A stretch of 63,964 nt of DNA, counting the filler, from Salisapilia sapeloensis CBS 127946 (Eukaryota > Protista > Oomycota): assembly GCA_023334545.1 (NCBI GenBank). It is 8 parts of 8 records of this genome, joined end to end, with 100 filler letters (N's around TTAATTAATTAA, not from the genome) between each part and the next. Parts side by side here need not be neighbours in the genome. Positions count along the whole stretch, not along the records: positions 1 to 26,763 come from JAADVB010000241.1; 7 more parts are not named here. The stretch is one strand, 5' to 3'. Each line of letters begins with the position of its first letter. Within the stretch, counting starts at the first letter, position 1. The notes under the pieces were generated by a model. It made no database searches, was not told where the DNA came from, and saw only the letters and a program-made list of their open reading frames with translations. Below, in pieces: positions 10,453-21,028 of the stretch. Position numbers and translations under genes: made by a program.

Positions 10453-13293
10453 ATGAGCAGTCGAGGTGGACGCAGAGGTGGAGCCAACGACGCTGGAGGG
10501 AGAAACCAGAGAGGACGAGGACGAGACGGTGGCCGAGGAAGAGATGGAGGTAGAGGATTTGGTGACCGCGGACGTGGACGCGATGGAGGGCGAGGAAGAG
10601 ACGGTGGGCGAGGAAGAGACGGTGGGCGAGGAAGAGATACAGGACGTGGACGTGGAGGTCGCGGACGGGGAGAAGGCCGAGGACCGCCGCCGCCGCAGTT
10701 TGACCAGCCGTCAGAGTTTGCGATGCCGCCCGCACCGCCGGCGGTGACGGAGCGGATGCAGGTTGAAGCTCCGCCGATGACGATTTCGCAGTTCCAAGTG
10801 CGGCCTGGATACGGGTCGGCGGGTACCAAGATGACGTTGGCCGCGAACCACTTTCCAGTCAAGCTCAAGCTGAAGGGAGACGTGTACCACTATGATGTCA
10901 CGCTAGGACAGGAAGGACGGAACTTTGGGCAGGAAGGACCACCGAAAACGCTTGCGACGAAGATCATGGCGGGACTGCTCGCGAGACTGCGTCGAGAGTT
11001 TCCGAATGTGACGGTGGTATCGGATGAACGGCGGAATCTCTACACGCCACAATTGCTTCCGTTCCAAGAGCAACGCTTTGATGAAATGACGCTCGCTGAT
11101 GAAGGTGACCGCCAATTCTATGCTTTGGTGCAAGAAGCCAACCCAGTTGCAGTCCGCATCGAGCCGCTTCGGGAACTGATCGCCGGCAAATCTACCTACA
11201 CGCCCATGGACGCTCTCTCGGCACTGGACATTGCCATGCGTCACACGGCGTCTCAGCGGTTTACGACTGTCGGACGCCGATTCTTTTCACCCCAAGGAGC
11301 ACAAAATATTGGCGAAGGTTCCGACCTCTGGTTTGGCTACTTCCAGTCCCTTCGTCCAACTCAGAAAGGTCTCACAGCGAACCTCGATATGGCTGCCACT
11401 GCGTTTGTGAGTGCCATGGACGCGATTGACTACATCCCAGAAGTGCTCGGAACGAATGGCATTCCGCAAACGCTCTCGAAACCGCAACACTCTGCCTTCT
11501 CCAAGGCGATCAAAGGCGTCAAGGTTCAAATCACGCACCGTCGTGGAGTGCAGCGATCCTATCGCGTTAACGGACTCTCGCCTCGGTCTGCAGCTGAGAC
11601 GATGTTTGAGAACGAGAATGGACAGCAGCAGAGCGTGGCTGACTACTTTGCAACGACGTACAAACGTCTGCAGTATCCGCAACTGCCGTGTTTGCACGTC
11701 GGCGCTCCGAACAGACGCACGTATATCCCGATCGAGGTGTGTCGAATCCAGCAAGGTCAGAAAACGCCTCGGAAGGCGACGGACAACCAGGTGGCCAATA
11801 TGATTCGCTTCACGGCTACGAGACCTGAGGAACGGAAGCAAAAAATCGAGCAGAAGCTGCGTGATGCCAACTTGGACCAGGATCCTGTCATGAGAGCGTT
11901 TGGCCTGAGCGTCGATCAGCGCATGACGAAGGTTCAGGGACGTTGTCTGGACGCACCAGCCATGGGGTACGGAAATAATCAGTCGGAGCGACCGAGAGGC
12001 GGTGCGTGGAATATGGCGAAGAAGAAGTTTTTCCAGCCATCGTCGATCAAATCTTGGGCCGTGATCAGTCTCTGCGATCCAAGACGCTGCTCTGACGGAG
12101 ATCTGGAAACGTTTTTCAAAGCGGTAGTACGTCAAATGGGGGAGCTCGGCATGCAGCGACCGCAGCAGTTGCCTCCCATCATCTTGCGCCAAGATCGCAA
12201 TCGTGACACGGTGCCGGTGCTCTTTCGCAGAGCTATGGATGCTGCCACGAAACAGTTCAAGCAGGCGCCGCAGGTGGTGTGGATGGTAAATCCGACGACA
12301 GACAAGTTCAATTATGGCGAGCTGAAGCGCATGTCGGACACGGAGGCGGGCGTCGGCATCGTCTCGCAGTGCATGCTTCAGAAGCACATTGGCAAGTGCT
12401 CTCCACAGTACATTGCGAACATCTTGCTCAAGGTAAACATGAAGCTGGGCGGGAAGAACACTGTCATCCAAGGCGCTCTGCCCAAGATCTCGCAGTCTCG
12501 CACGATCATGTTTGGCGCAGACGTGACGCATCCATCCCCTGGCGACTCAACGCGTCCGTCCATCGCAGCCGTCGTTGCGTCCATGGATGCCAACTTTATC
12601 AAGCACAATGCTTCGATTCGTGCGCAAGGCCATCGCGTGGAGCAGATTACGGACCTGAAGGACATGGCCAAGGAGCTACTGATGCAGTTCTATCGCGAGA
12701 CCAAGGGCAAGCCGCAGCGGATAGTCTTCTACCGAGACGGCGTGTCGGAAGGCCAGTTCCAGATGGTCGTCAATTACGAGGTGTCGGCCATCCGCGCGGC
12801 GTGTGCCGAGTTGGAGAAGGACTACGCTCCGCCTATCACGTTCATCATCGTCCAGAAGCGGCACAACACGCGCTTCTTTGTGGACAACCCCAAGGACGGC
12901 GACCGGAGTGGCAACGTCCGCGCCGGCACGGTCGTGGACCAGTCAGTGTGTCACCCGACGGACTTTGATTTTTACATGATGAGCCACGCAGGTCTCCAGG
13001 GCACTAGTCGCCCAACGCACTACTATGTCCTGGTAGACGAGATCGGCTTCACCGCCGATGAGCTGCAGACGCTGACATACAAGCTATGCCACACGTTTGC
13101 TCGCTGCACGCGGTCGGTGTCGATGGTTCCGTCTGCGTACTACTCTCATTTGGTAGCTTTCCGCGCTCGGTTCTTCACGGCGGAAGGTATCGACTCTGTT
13201 TCTGAAGGCACGGACAATGGGGAGCCTCAGGGCACAGACGCTCGTATGCATCAGATCCACGCCAACCTTCGTCAGAGCATGTTCTACGTCTGA
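10453..13293 (+). CDS. AGO: Argonaute (RGG-rich N-terminus, PAZ, MID, PIWI)
   Basis: Likely start is MSSRGGRRGG at 10453, inside ORF 10396-13293. Motifs: LAANHF, WFGYFQSLRPTQ, PAZ YPQLPCLHVG, MID YGELK..SQC..LKVNMKLGG, and PIWI GADVTH, HRVEQI, YRDGVSEGQF, QGTSRPTHY, PSAYYSHL. Confidence 0.97.
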   Translation: MSSRGGRRGGANDAGGRNQRGRGRDGGRGRDGGRGFGDRGRGRDGGRGRDGGRGRDGGRGRDTGRGRGGRGRGEGRGPPPPQFDQPSEFAMPPAPPAVTERMQVEAPPMTISQFQVRPGYGSAGTKMTLAANHFPVKLKLKGDVYHYDVTLGQEGRNFGQEGPPKTLATKIMAGLLARLRREFPNVTVVSDERRNLYTPQLLPFQEQRFDEMTLADEGDRQFYALVQEANPVAVRIEPLRELIAGKSTYTPMDALSALDIAMRHTASQRFTTVGRRFFSPQGAQNIGEGSDLWFGYFQSLRPTQKGLTANLDMAATAFVSAMDAIDYIPEVLGTNGIPQTLSKPQHSAFSKAIKGVKVQITHRRGVQRSYRVNGLSPRSAAETMFENENGQQQSVADYFATTYKRLQYPQLPCLHVGAPNRRTYIPIEVCRIQQGQKTPRKATDNQVANMIRFTATRPEERKQKIEQKLRDANLDQDPVMRAFGLSVDQRMTKVQGRCLDAPAMGYGNNQSERPRGGAWNMAKKKFFQPSSIKSWAVISLCDPRRCSDGDLETFFKAVVRQMGELGMQRPQQLPPIILRQDRNRDTVPVLFRRAMDAATKQFKQAPQVVWMVNPTTDKFNYGELKRMSDTEAGVGIVSQCMLQKHIGKCSPQYIANILLKVNMKLGGKNTVIQGALPKISQSRTIMFGADVTHPSPGDSTRPSIAAVVASMDANFIKHNASIRAQGHRVEQITDLKDMAKELLMQFYRETKGKPQRIVFYRDGVSEGQFQMVVNYEVSAIRAACAELEKDYAPPITFIIVQKRHNTRFFVDNPKDGDRSGNVRAGTVVDQSVCHPTDFDFYMMSHAGLQGTSRPTHYYVLVDEIGFTADELQTLTYKLCHTFARCTRSVSMVPSAYYSHLVAFRARFFTAEGIDSVSEGTDNGEPQGTDARMHQIHANLRQSMFYV
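10498..10680 (+). repeat. Coding GRGRDGG/RGG repeats in the Argonaute N-terminus
   Basis: Near-tandem GGCGAGGAAGAGACGGTG-like units encode repeated GRGRDGG. Confidence 0.85.
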
Positions 13294-13360
13294 GTCGAAT
13301 GATTTTATATAGTTGCAGCTAGTAGGGATACCAGTCGGATCCGCCGCTAGATAAGTTGAA

Positions 13361-15580
13361 ATGGCAATGGTTTGTTTTATTCTAATTATACCTGAGAGGT
13401 GGATGGAAGAGGGGAGTGTCGAGAGTCGAGTTGCGTCGATTCGTTCTCTAGAGGAGCGGGATGTGTCTAGTTGGCAAGCAGCGTTGGTGGAGGCTGTCAA
13501 GAGAGAGACCACGGGCTTGAAGGACCATGTCATGCTCCTGCAGGAAGAGTTCCGGAAGGATTCGCACTTTATTCGAGGAGATGCGACCTGGAGGAAGCAG
13601 CTAGAGACGTTGTATGAGCGTCTGAATGGACATCTAGAGACCGGGGTCGATCAGCTGCACGCTTGCTTCCGGAAGATGGTCGGTGGGCTCTTGACGCAGA
13701 TAGCCGAGAAAGCTCAAGTGGATCGAAGGATGTGGCGGGCAGAGGTCGAGCGACAGGCTCACGCGGCGGAGGAAAAGCTCCGTCGGACTCGAACGAGGTG
13801 TGACAAGGAGACGGAGCGAGTGCGGATGCTCGAGCGGTGTCTGCGCCGAGAAGAGTTACATCAGGCCAAGGTCATGCATCAAGTGCAGGTGAGCACGATG
13901 CAGCAGGAACATGCTGCCAAAGTCAAGGAGCTCCATGGACTCTTGTGCGACCTTAAGGCGTCGTACATGACGTTGGAAATGATCAATGGGAACCTAATGG
14001 AGACGCTAACGAACCAACGGAAGGAGATTGCGGATCTTAAGAAGCAGGTGCACTTGAAGAGAGTCCCGAGCATACAGAGTATCCCTAGCACCGACCTTGG
14101 TCTTCGACGAAGGGAGGTTGTGACTTCCACTCGAGTCGAGACGCCCGTGTCTCGACCGATGAACACAGAGCCGATGGTCCTGGCGTTGAAGCAGGCGCTT
14201 CGAGAGGCCCAGCAGCAGAAGCAGTCGATCAAACTCGACTTAGACGTCGCGAATAATGCCAAGGAGGAGCTCACGCAAAAACTTCGTGAGGCAAAGACGT
14301 TGGCTGGAGACGCCAAACGAGAGCTCGGGCGAGTGACGCAGTTACTGAACGAGTCGAGAGAAGCGCTGGTGACGAGTCAAGAGACGATGGCGACGTTGGA
14401 AAAAGAGCGAGAGAGGCTGGAGAGAGCCGTCGCAGCGGTCCAGGGACGTTTAGAAAGCGCCTGCCTTCAATTAGAGAACGCAAAGCAGCGTCTGGCTGTG
14501 AACGCCGAGATGGCCAAGGCGCTCGAGAGGAAGACTCGGTGGTGCAATAGGCTGGAGAAAGGCCGGAAGGACCTCGAGTGTGTCCTGTCGGAGGTGAATG
14601 ACAGCAAGCGAGATGTGACGGTGCTAGACAAGGTGCATGCTTTGGAGAGTGCAGTCGAGCGAATCGTCTTGCTGGAAGATGTAAAGGAAGAGAGAGAGTT
14701 GGATAGAGAGAAAGAAGAGGTAGAGCTACGAATTCGAAATGACTTGTTGACAAAGTTTGAGGAGCAGCTTCAATTCCGTCAGATGCATGAGCGCAAGTAT
14801 GTCTTAGCGACGTTCGATCGTTTGTGGGGAGAGCAGAGTAATGATGATGTGGTAAAGGAAGACGAGAGCAATCAGCAAAAGACCTTTTTGTCCTGGCAGA
14901 AGATAAAGGTCTCCAATACGTCTGAATTAGCCTACTCGGTCGTTCGACAAGTGATTGTGAATGCGTTTGATGAAATTGGGTTCGAGATGTGGGATACAAC
15001 GGATGTGGATGCGCTGAAGGCTCAAGTGCGTCGACTCCAGGACGCTGTGGACATCCGAGACGAATGTATTGATGAATTGAAAAAGGTCTGCGCAAACGGA
15101 CAGGAAGGAAAGACTCCTCTACTAGGTCAGCAAGACCGGACAAACTACTTTCTAGGTCCGACGTTCGATCGATATAGACTACTGCAGTCGTGTAAGGAAG
15201 GCCTGTGGATGGATGATTTGAGTGAAGCGAGTAGGAGCGGAAGGAGTCGAGAATTGAAAGTGTATGGACATGTCCATCCGTTGGAGCCTAGACCGGGTCA
15301 TCTGCGTCCAGTATCCGCGAATGCGGCATGCCTATCTCCAATCGACCGGCCGGATCTGCCTACTAAGCCAACAACGGCCGTTGGAGGTCGACGTGGGAAT
15401 CAGCAAGGAGACACCAAGTGCGATGACAAGTTAGGAGCTTTAAGTAGCAATTTGGAAGCCATGCCGGAAGTGGAAAGCCAAAGCAAGGTCGATATGGTGC
15501 AGATAGGCTCTGATGGCGTTCTCCAGATGGCTCAGCGACAACGACGTCGGCGTCGCCGACCGAAAGTAGATGGCAAGTAG
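13361..15580 (+). CDS. Long coiled-coil protein, function unknown
   Basis: 739-aa ORF with extended heptad-rich E/K/R/L/Q helices. No recognisable domain; start codon uncertain. Confidence 0.75.
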   Translation: MAMVCFILIIPERWMEEGSVESRVASIRSLEERDVSSWQAALVEAVKRETTGLKDHVMLLQEEFRKDSHFIRGDATWRKQLETLYERLNGHLETGVDQLHACFRKMVGGLLTQIAEKAQVDRRMWRAEVERQAHAAEEKLRRTRTRCDKETERVRMLERCLRREELHQAKVMHQVQVSTMQQEHAAKVKELHGLLCDLKASYMTLEMINGNLMETLTNQRKEIADLKKQVHLKRVPSIQSIPSTDLGLRRREVVTSTRVETPVSRPMNTEPMVLALKQALREAQQQKQSIKLDLDVANNAKEELTQKLREAKTLAGDAKRELGRVTQLLNESREALVTSQETMATLEKERERLERAVAAVQGRLESACLQLENAKQRLAVNAEMAKALERKTRWCNRLEKGRKDLECVLSEVNDSKRDVTVLDKVHALESAVERIVLLEDVKEERELDREKEEVELRIRNDLLTKFEEQLQFRQMHERKYVLATFDRLWGEQSNDDVVKEDESNQQKTFLSWQKIKVSNTSELAYSVVRQVIVNAFDEIGFEMWDTTDVDALKAQVRRLQDAVDIRDECIDELKKVCANGQEGKTPLLGQQDRTNYFLGPTFDRYRLLQSCKEGLWMDDLSEASRSGRSRELKVYGHVHPLEPRPGHLRPVSANAACLSPIDRPDLPTKPTTAVGGRRGNQQGDTKCDDKLGALSSNLEAMPEVESQSKVDMVQIGSDGVLQMAQRQRRRRRRPKVDGK

Positions 15581-15668
15581 CTAGACGTAGCGCATAGATC
15601 GAGCTAGGTGTCCAATAACATTTGACTTGAATAAAGTATACGACAGGACAGAACGGAGCACCCCCAGC

Positions 15669-17652
15669 ATGGCAGACGTTCTGCAGCACGCTACGACCGA
15701 TCTGTCGACGTTATCGGCACCGAGTACCTTAAAAGCCCTTGATGAGTACCTTTCGAATGCAGTGAGTACCACGAAACCGTTGGAAACATCACCCAAGCCA
15801 GTGTTTTGGCTCTACACGCAGCTCTTGGAGCGTCTAGAGCAAGACTCGGCGAACATTGGGCCGTTGGAAGCACTCTTACTACCGCTACGACTCGTTCCGT
15901 TTTGTCAGGTGTATGGACCGAAGAATGCTGAGCATGTAGGACGTCTATTAGACGCCTGTGCCAAGCACAAGCCTGAAGTCTTGGTCTCCCTCTCGCCTGT
16001 GCTAGCTTCGGTAGGTGCCTCCCTTTGTAGTTCTGCATGTAAGCGTGGTATACGGATGTGCTGATACGCTTGATAGCATTTGGAAAACCTGCATAAAGCT
16101 ATTAAAGCTGGGAATTACGAACAAGAGGAGGAAATGGGGCGATGCATACTGGACACTAGCAAAGCTGTAGGCTTTTATGTCGCTTATTTCTTCCTTCATG
16201 GCTCATCTCTACTTGTACGTAGCTATCTGGGCTAACGATGTCGACGAAAGCGACGTCTGTGTTGCTCTTGAAGACAGATAAGACGCCGGACGATGTCATT
16301 GAGGACCCATCGACACTCATCGCGTGCATCTTACGCTGCTATGAGCATGATCTACCATCCTTACAACGATCTGTCCAACGCACTCATCCAGACAAGATAT
16401 CGAGTGTAAACCGGTTGGTGGCGAAAGCTAGACTAGAGCTCTTATCAGTCACTAGTCGGTTCCTCGATGCAGTGATGCATCTCGAAGCAGAGCCGACGAC
16501 TGTAGGCGAGATGCTTCTAACGGCTCTCCACTCGTTCATTCAGTCTTGTGCCGTATCATTGGAGGAAGACAAGGGCTCGTTGCTGAGTGACGTATGGCAG
16601 CTCTACTCGTACAATGTACGTATCTTTACACCACGCTTTCTATCCTTTCTCTCACCAAGCGTATCATGTAGGAAAAGTGTCGGGAGATGCTGGAAAAGTG
16701 CGGAATGGACAGAGAGAGTGTCGAGTACCTCGATATGATTGTGGATAATCTGCCTCGACGTCGTCCTGTCCCAGCTTCTGTTGAGTTAGAGGAGAAGCCA
16801 GCCGTCGTGTCAGAGGAGTCTCCACCTCGTACTTCATCTGGAACGTTGGATGAGCTCATCTCTCAAGTACAAGACTTGCTTCCGGATCTAGGAGACGGAT
16901 ACGTTGCTCTCTGTCTCCTGTCGTCTCAGCTCCAAGTAGAAACGGTCGTAAACTTTTTACTAGAAGATAATCCTCCCACTCCGCTCGTTCCTATTCGTCG
17001 TGATCTCAAGCGCACTGATGATGACTATCAAGAGCTAGAGGATCTAGTCACTGGCAAGGCGATTGCTTCTGATGCACTCGATAAAGAAGGGAAGCTAGAC
17101 CCGAAGCAAGTGTGGATTGGCAAGCGGACGGATGAGAAGAGCTACAATCCGCAGACAGCGAGGAAGAATGATAAACTCACGGGCAAGATGCGAGAGATCC
17201 TTGAGCAGTATGAACAAGAGGATGACTATGAAGACCTCGTCGTGACGGACGAAGGCGTGAAGACGCTAGATGACTATGACGATGACTACAATGATGAATT
17301 CGAGGACTATGAGCCGTTTAGTGTCCACGATAGCGGCCATGGAGACGACCAGGACAGCGTCCGAGAATTGAACAGGAGGATGCGGGAGAAGGAGGCGCAG
17401 GACGCTTTCTGGCAGAACATGCGCAATCCGAATCATCGGTCGATGGACGATGAGAGGGAGGAAAAAGCGGACGCGCATCCAGAGACAGACGCTACTTCTG
17501 CTCCCAAGGCCAGAGAGAAGGGTGGTCAAGAAAAAGAAGCTGGCGAGAAGAATGCCAAGCAAGAGCAACGCCAGAGAGCACGCAAGGACAAGAACAAGGC
17601 CAAGGTGGGTAATCATCATCGAAAGGACAGAGCACTCAAGAAGCGAGGTTGA
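15669..17652 (+). CDS. ASCC2-like CUE-domain ubiquitin-binding protein (multi-exon)
   Basis: Spliced gene with an intron at about 16011-16076 and two more before about 16672. CUE motif LISQVQDLLPDLGDGYVALCL...VVNFLLED, acidic DDYDDDYND, and C-terminal KVGNHHRKDRALKKRG as in ASCC2/Cue3-type proteins. Confidence 0.75.
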
Positions 17653-17944
17653 TTGCAATAAAGCTACGATTTGTTGTTTCTGATGTATGAGATCGCTTTG
17701 GTCTTACGCGCGAGTAGACACCGTGACGTGCATAGAAGTTTTATCTGTATGTACCCGTTCATACAAGCTTCTCTTATTCGATGGAAACTGTAAACGCAGT
17801 GTTGTAGTGGAGAAAGAGGAAATGGAGACAGAAGGATAGACGGGTTGCGACGCCTGACTCTACGGTTGTGTAGAAGCACACGGAAGGTAGAACGTCCAGT
17901 GTCATTCCTCTTTTCACGTCATCGAAACAACCCAAGTTACCACT

Positions 17945-20384
17945 ATGGTGACGAACGAAGGGCTGTCGCCAGTAACACTCCAGCTGAGCTTTATCATCGA
18001 GTACACCGTCATGTTCATGTTCTGCGCCATCTTGCTTACGTACATGCGGTACAACCGGCAAGTCGCGTTTAAAGGAGATTTGAATGCCGCAAAGAAGATG
18101 ATCCTACCGGCGTTTGAACCACTCTTCTGGATGCTGCTTGTGACGACGGGAATCATGACCACCGTCTTCACGGTTGTTCTTGCGATGGACATTTTCCCCA
18201 CCAAGGTACCGACGCTAGTGCATGAAAGCGAGTACGCTGGTCGACAGTTCATCTTTCTGATCACGATCATCCTCCTGTTCCAGAAGAGTGTGTCGATCCC
18301 GGCGTTAAGAAGATCGATGTATATTACGCTGCTCTTGGCTTGCTACACCATCCCGATTGCATCCGTCATGCTCGTGCTAGACGTTGCTGGGGACGGAAAC
18401 CTTAAGGCATCTTGGCCACTCAGCCTCGCGCGTATTCTCTTCCTACCTTTCTATGCCTACATCGCTTGGCGTCCTGTTGATCGCGCGAGTAAGAGGACTT
18501 TACGAGAGTACTGTGCCTTTGCTTTCGCCAACCAGTTCTTGTACCTCACGACGATCGTTCTGGCTGATCGAGATCTCAACCAAGCTGCACTCGTGCTGAA
18601 CTACATTGACCTTTGCTGGGCCTCGCTGGCACCACTCTTCATCTGGCGCTTACTGAAGGCTGACACGGCCCATTGGCGAGGTATGGGACAACGAGCTTGC
18701 GAGCTTCAAACGGATCTACTTCGCCACCGAAAGAATGGAAATGAGATCCACGAACGAATTTCGTCGCAAGGGCTGCATGTCCTCATCGAGATGCATCGCA
18801 AGTACATTATTGACTTTGCATACTTGGAAATGCGACATCGTATCGGCACCGGGTCATCTGCTGTCGTGTTCAATGGTGTCCTGCACTCCAAGACGCCGTG
18901 TGCAATCAAAGTGTACACTCCAAGCGAGTTCAATGAGGAGATCGTCGGCACGTTTTCCCATGAAGCAGCACTCTGTGGTGCTTTGAACCACCCCAACATA
19001 GTCCAGGTACACATCTATCGCTTCTACACTTTTCGAATATGGTAACTTATCTGGTTTATTATAGTTCTACGGCCTTTGTATCTCTCCTCCAACCATCTCA
19101 CTCATCTGTGAACTCTGCGTTGGAAGTCTAGATGATATCACGGTTGCGATGAGCAAGCGTATGCAAAGTGACAAGCGGCAGCGACTGCTCATCAACCTCG
19201 CCTACATGCTGGACGCGACACGATCCGTAGCGTACTTGCACAGCTTCTCTCCAGCTTTCTTGCACCGTGATCTAAAGCCATCCAACTTTCTCATGGACTT
19301 TGAAGGCAACGTCAAACTGACCGACTTTGGCGAGTCACGCAGTCTTCCAAAGGAGCATCAGGCTGCACCGGCACACCAGCGCATCGTCGAGTCGCTTGCA
19401 GAACTCCCTCGAGATCAAAGTCGCAAGATGACCGTTCGAGGAACTGTGGACTACATGGCTCCGGAACTCATTAGTGGTCGTGCTGGCGTCGCGATCTACG
19501 GAGAAGCTGCAGACGTGTATGCTCTCGCAATCACGTACTGGGACATATTGTATCCTGGACAGGACAAATATCCTCACTACGACAACAATCACTTCAAAGT
19601 GTTCACGGCCGTGATGGAAGGTGAGCGCCCAGCCTTTGACCCAGAGCTGATATCCTCCTTGCGTCGATTGATCGAAGGTGCGTGGCATCCAGAACCTCGC
19701 ATGCGGATGTCCACGCAGAGTCTCGTCCATTCGCTCGAAAGCATTCAAGAAGAGGTTGCGAATGCGCTAGCGGCAGAAGTTTGTCCAGAGCTGAACAGAG
19801 GCTTTGGAGGCGATGTGTTTGCAGAATGGATGGAAAAGAGTGGATATGTAAGTGAGCCGAGCGAGGCTGTTCGTATGGGCAATGCACTCATGGACGCTGG
19901 CTTGATGCACCACAGCAAGCATGCCAGAGGGTTTGATTGTGCCAAGGATGCCATGTACTACTTTGACGAAGGAAAGATACTGCTCAATCAACCTATCGAC
20001 GTTACATCTCGGTCACAACATAAGCGCAGGACGAAGAAGAAGTCGAGTTACCACAAGCTCCCGATACTGGAAGATCAGGATGAATTTGCTATACAGACGA
20101 CGTTGAAGACGTGTGACAGTAATAGCAGTAGCTCGAGTGACGAGGAGGTTTCCGGTAGCTTATCAATGCCTGCATCTTGCCTCTGTCGCCGATTCGGCCA
20201 GCGCATAGAGCAACGGGCCAAGTTACCACGACGCCGTCTGCGTCAGAAGATGCGTGCACTAGTCGAAGAGAATGTCTTGACGCATAACTTGTTAGCGAAT
20301 GAGGAGCAGACGAAGGAGCTTGGTAGCTTTGATATAAGCGGTGCTGGGGTGTACCCGAGCAAAGATGCTAGCGTGATGGCGTAA
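17945..20384 (+). CDS. 7TM (GPCR-like)-TKL kinase-DEP domain receptor kinase
   Basis: Seven hydrophobic segments in the first ~240 aa, then kinase motifs IGTGSSAVVF, AIK, HRDLKPSNFL, DFG, APE. One intron at 19007-19064 (GT..AG, frame restored). DEP-like FAEWM...EAVRMGNALMDAGLMHH...YYF follows the kinase. Confidence 0.88.
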
Positions 20385-21028
20385 GACTGAGAGTGCTTTT
20401 AAAGATTGAATACATGACGTTCAATGTGACGTAAAAGTCGTTGTTTTTGATGCGAGTATGGTTGTAGTAGCTTCGCCCATGCGTTCATGAGCAAAGGTAT
20501 AGTATATTATCTTTTGTTTAGCCTAAAGTGGACACGAGCTTGGCAAGACCAAGCGCGAGTAGAGAGCAGTAGGTCGATGCACACAGGATACGTGTTGAAG
20601 CGGCATGAAGACCGAAAGCATATGACATACGTCGGCATGATTACGAGATGAGTGTTTCCACTAGGACACGATGCGAGCGCAACGTGGTTTATGCGCACCG
20701 TCTTCGGCATTGGTAATCGTGACCGCAGCTTACGGCTTTGAAGCAAGCATCGAGGCCAACCTTCCATGCCCACTCCTAAAAATGATACCACTATCCTAGA
20801 CATCCTAGACAGCACCAAAAGACAATGCAAGGTCCCAACACCATGTCAATTCACTTGGTTTACTCAGATCTCCATCCCCCTTCTACGTCCCATGGCATGA
20901 TGTGCAAAATCTGAGTACGTTCCAGTATACTTTATTGAAGTTGAGCTCGTACGCTACGCTTGCCACGTGCTTGGCATACAAAGACCAAGTGATTCGTGTA
21001 GCGCCCAGGACGCGCGGCTCGTATCTTC

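Noticed and set aside
11287-12531. 414-aa antisense ORF opposite Argonaute, plus similar long antisense ORFs (3373-4624, 21811-22620, 33594-34574)
   Set aside because: Shadow ORFs expected from GC-rich codon bias on the coding strand. They have no recognisable motifs and lie wholly within real genes.
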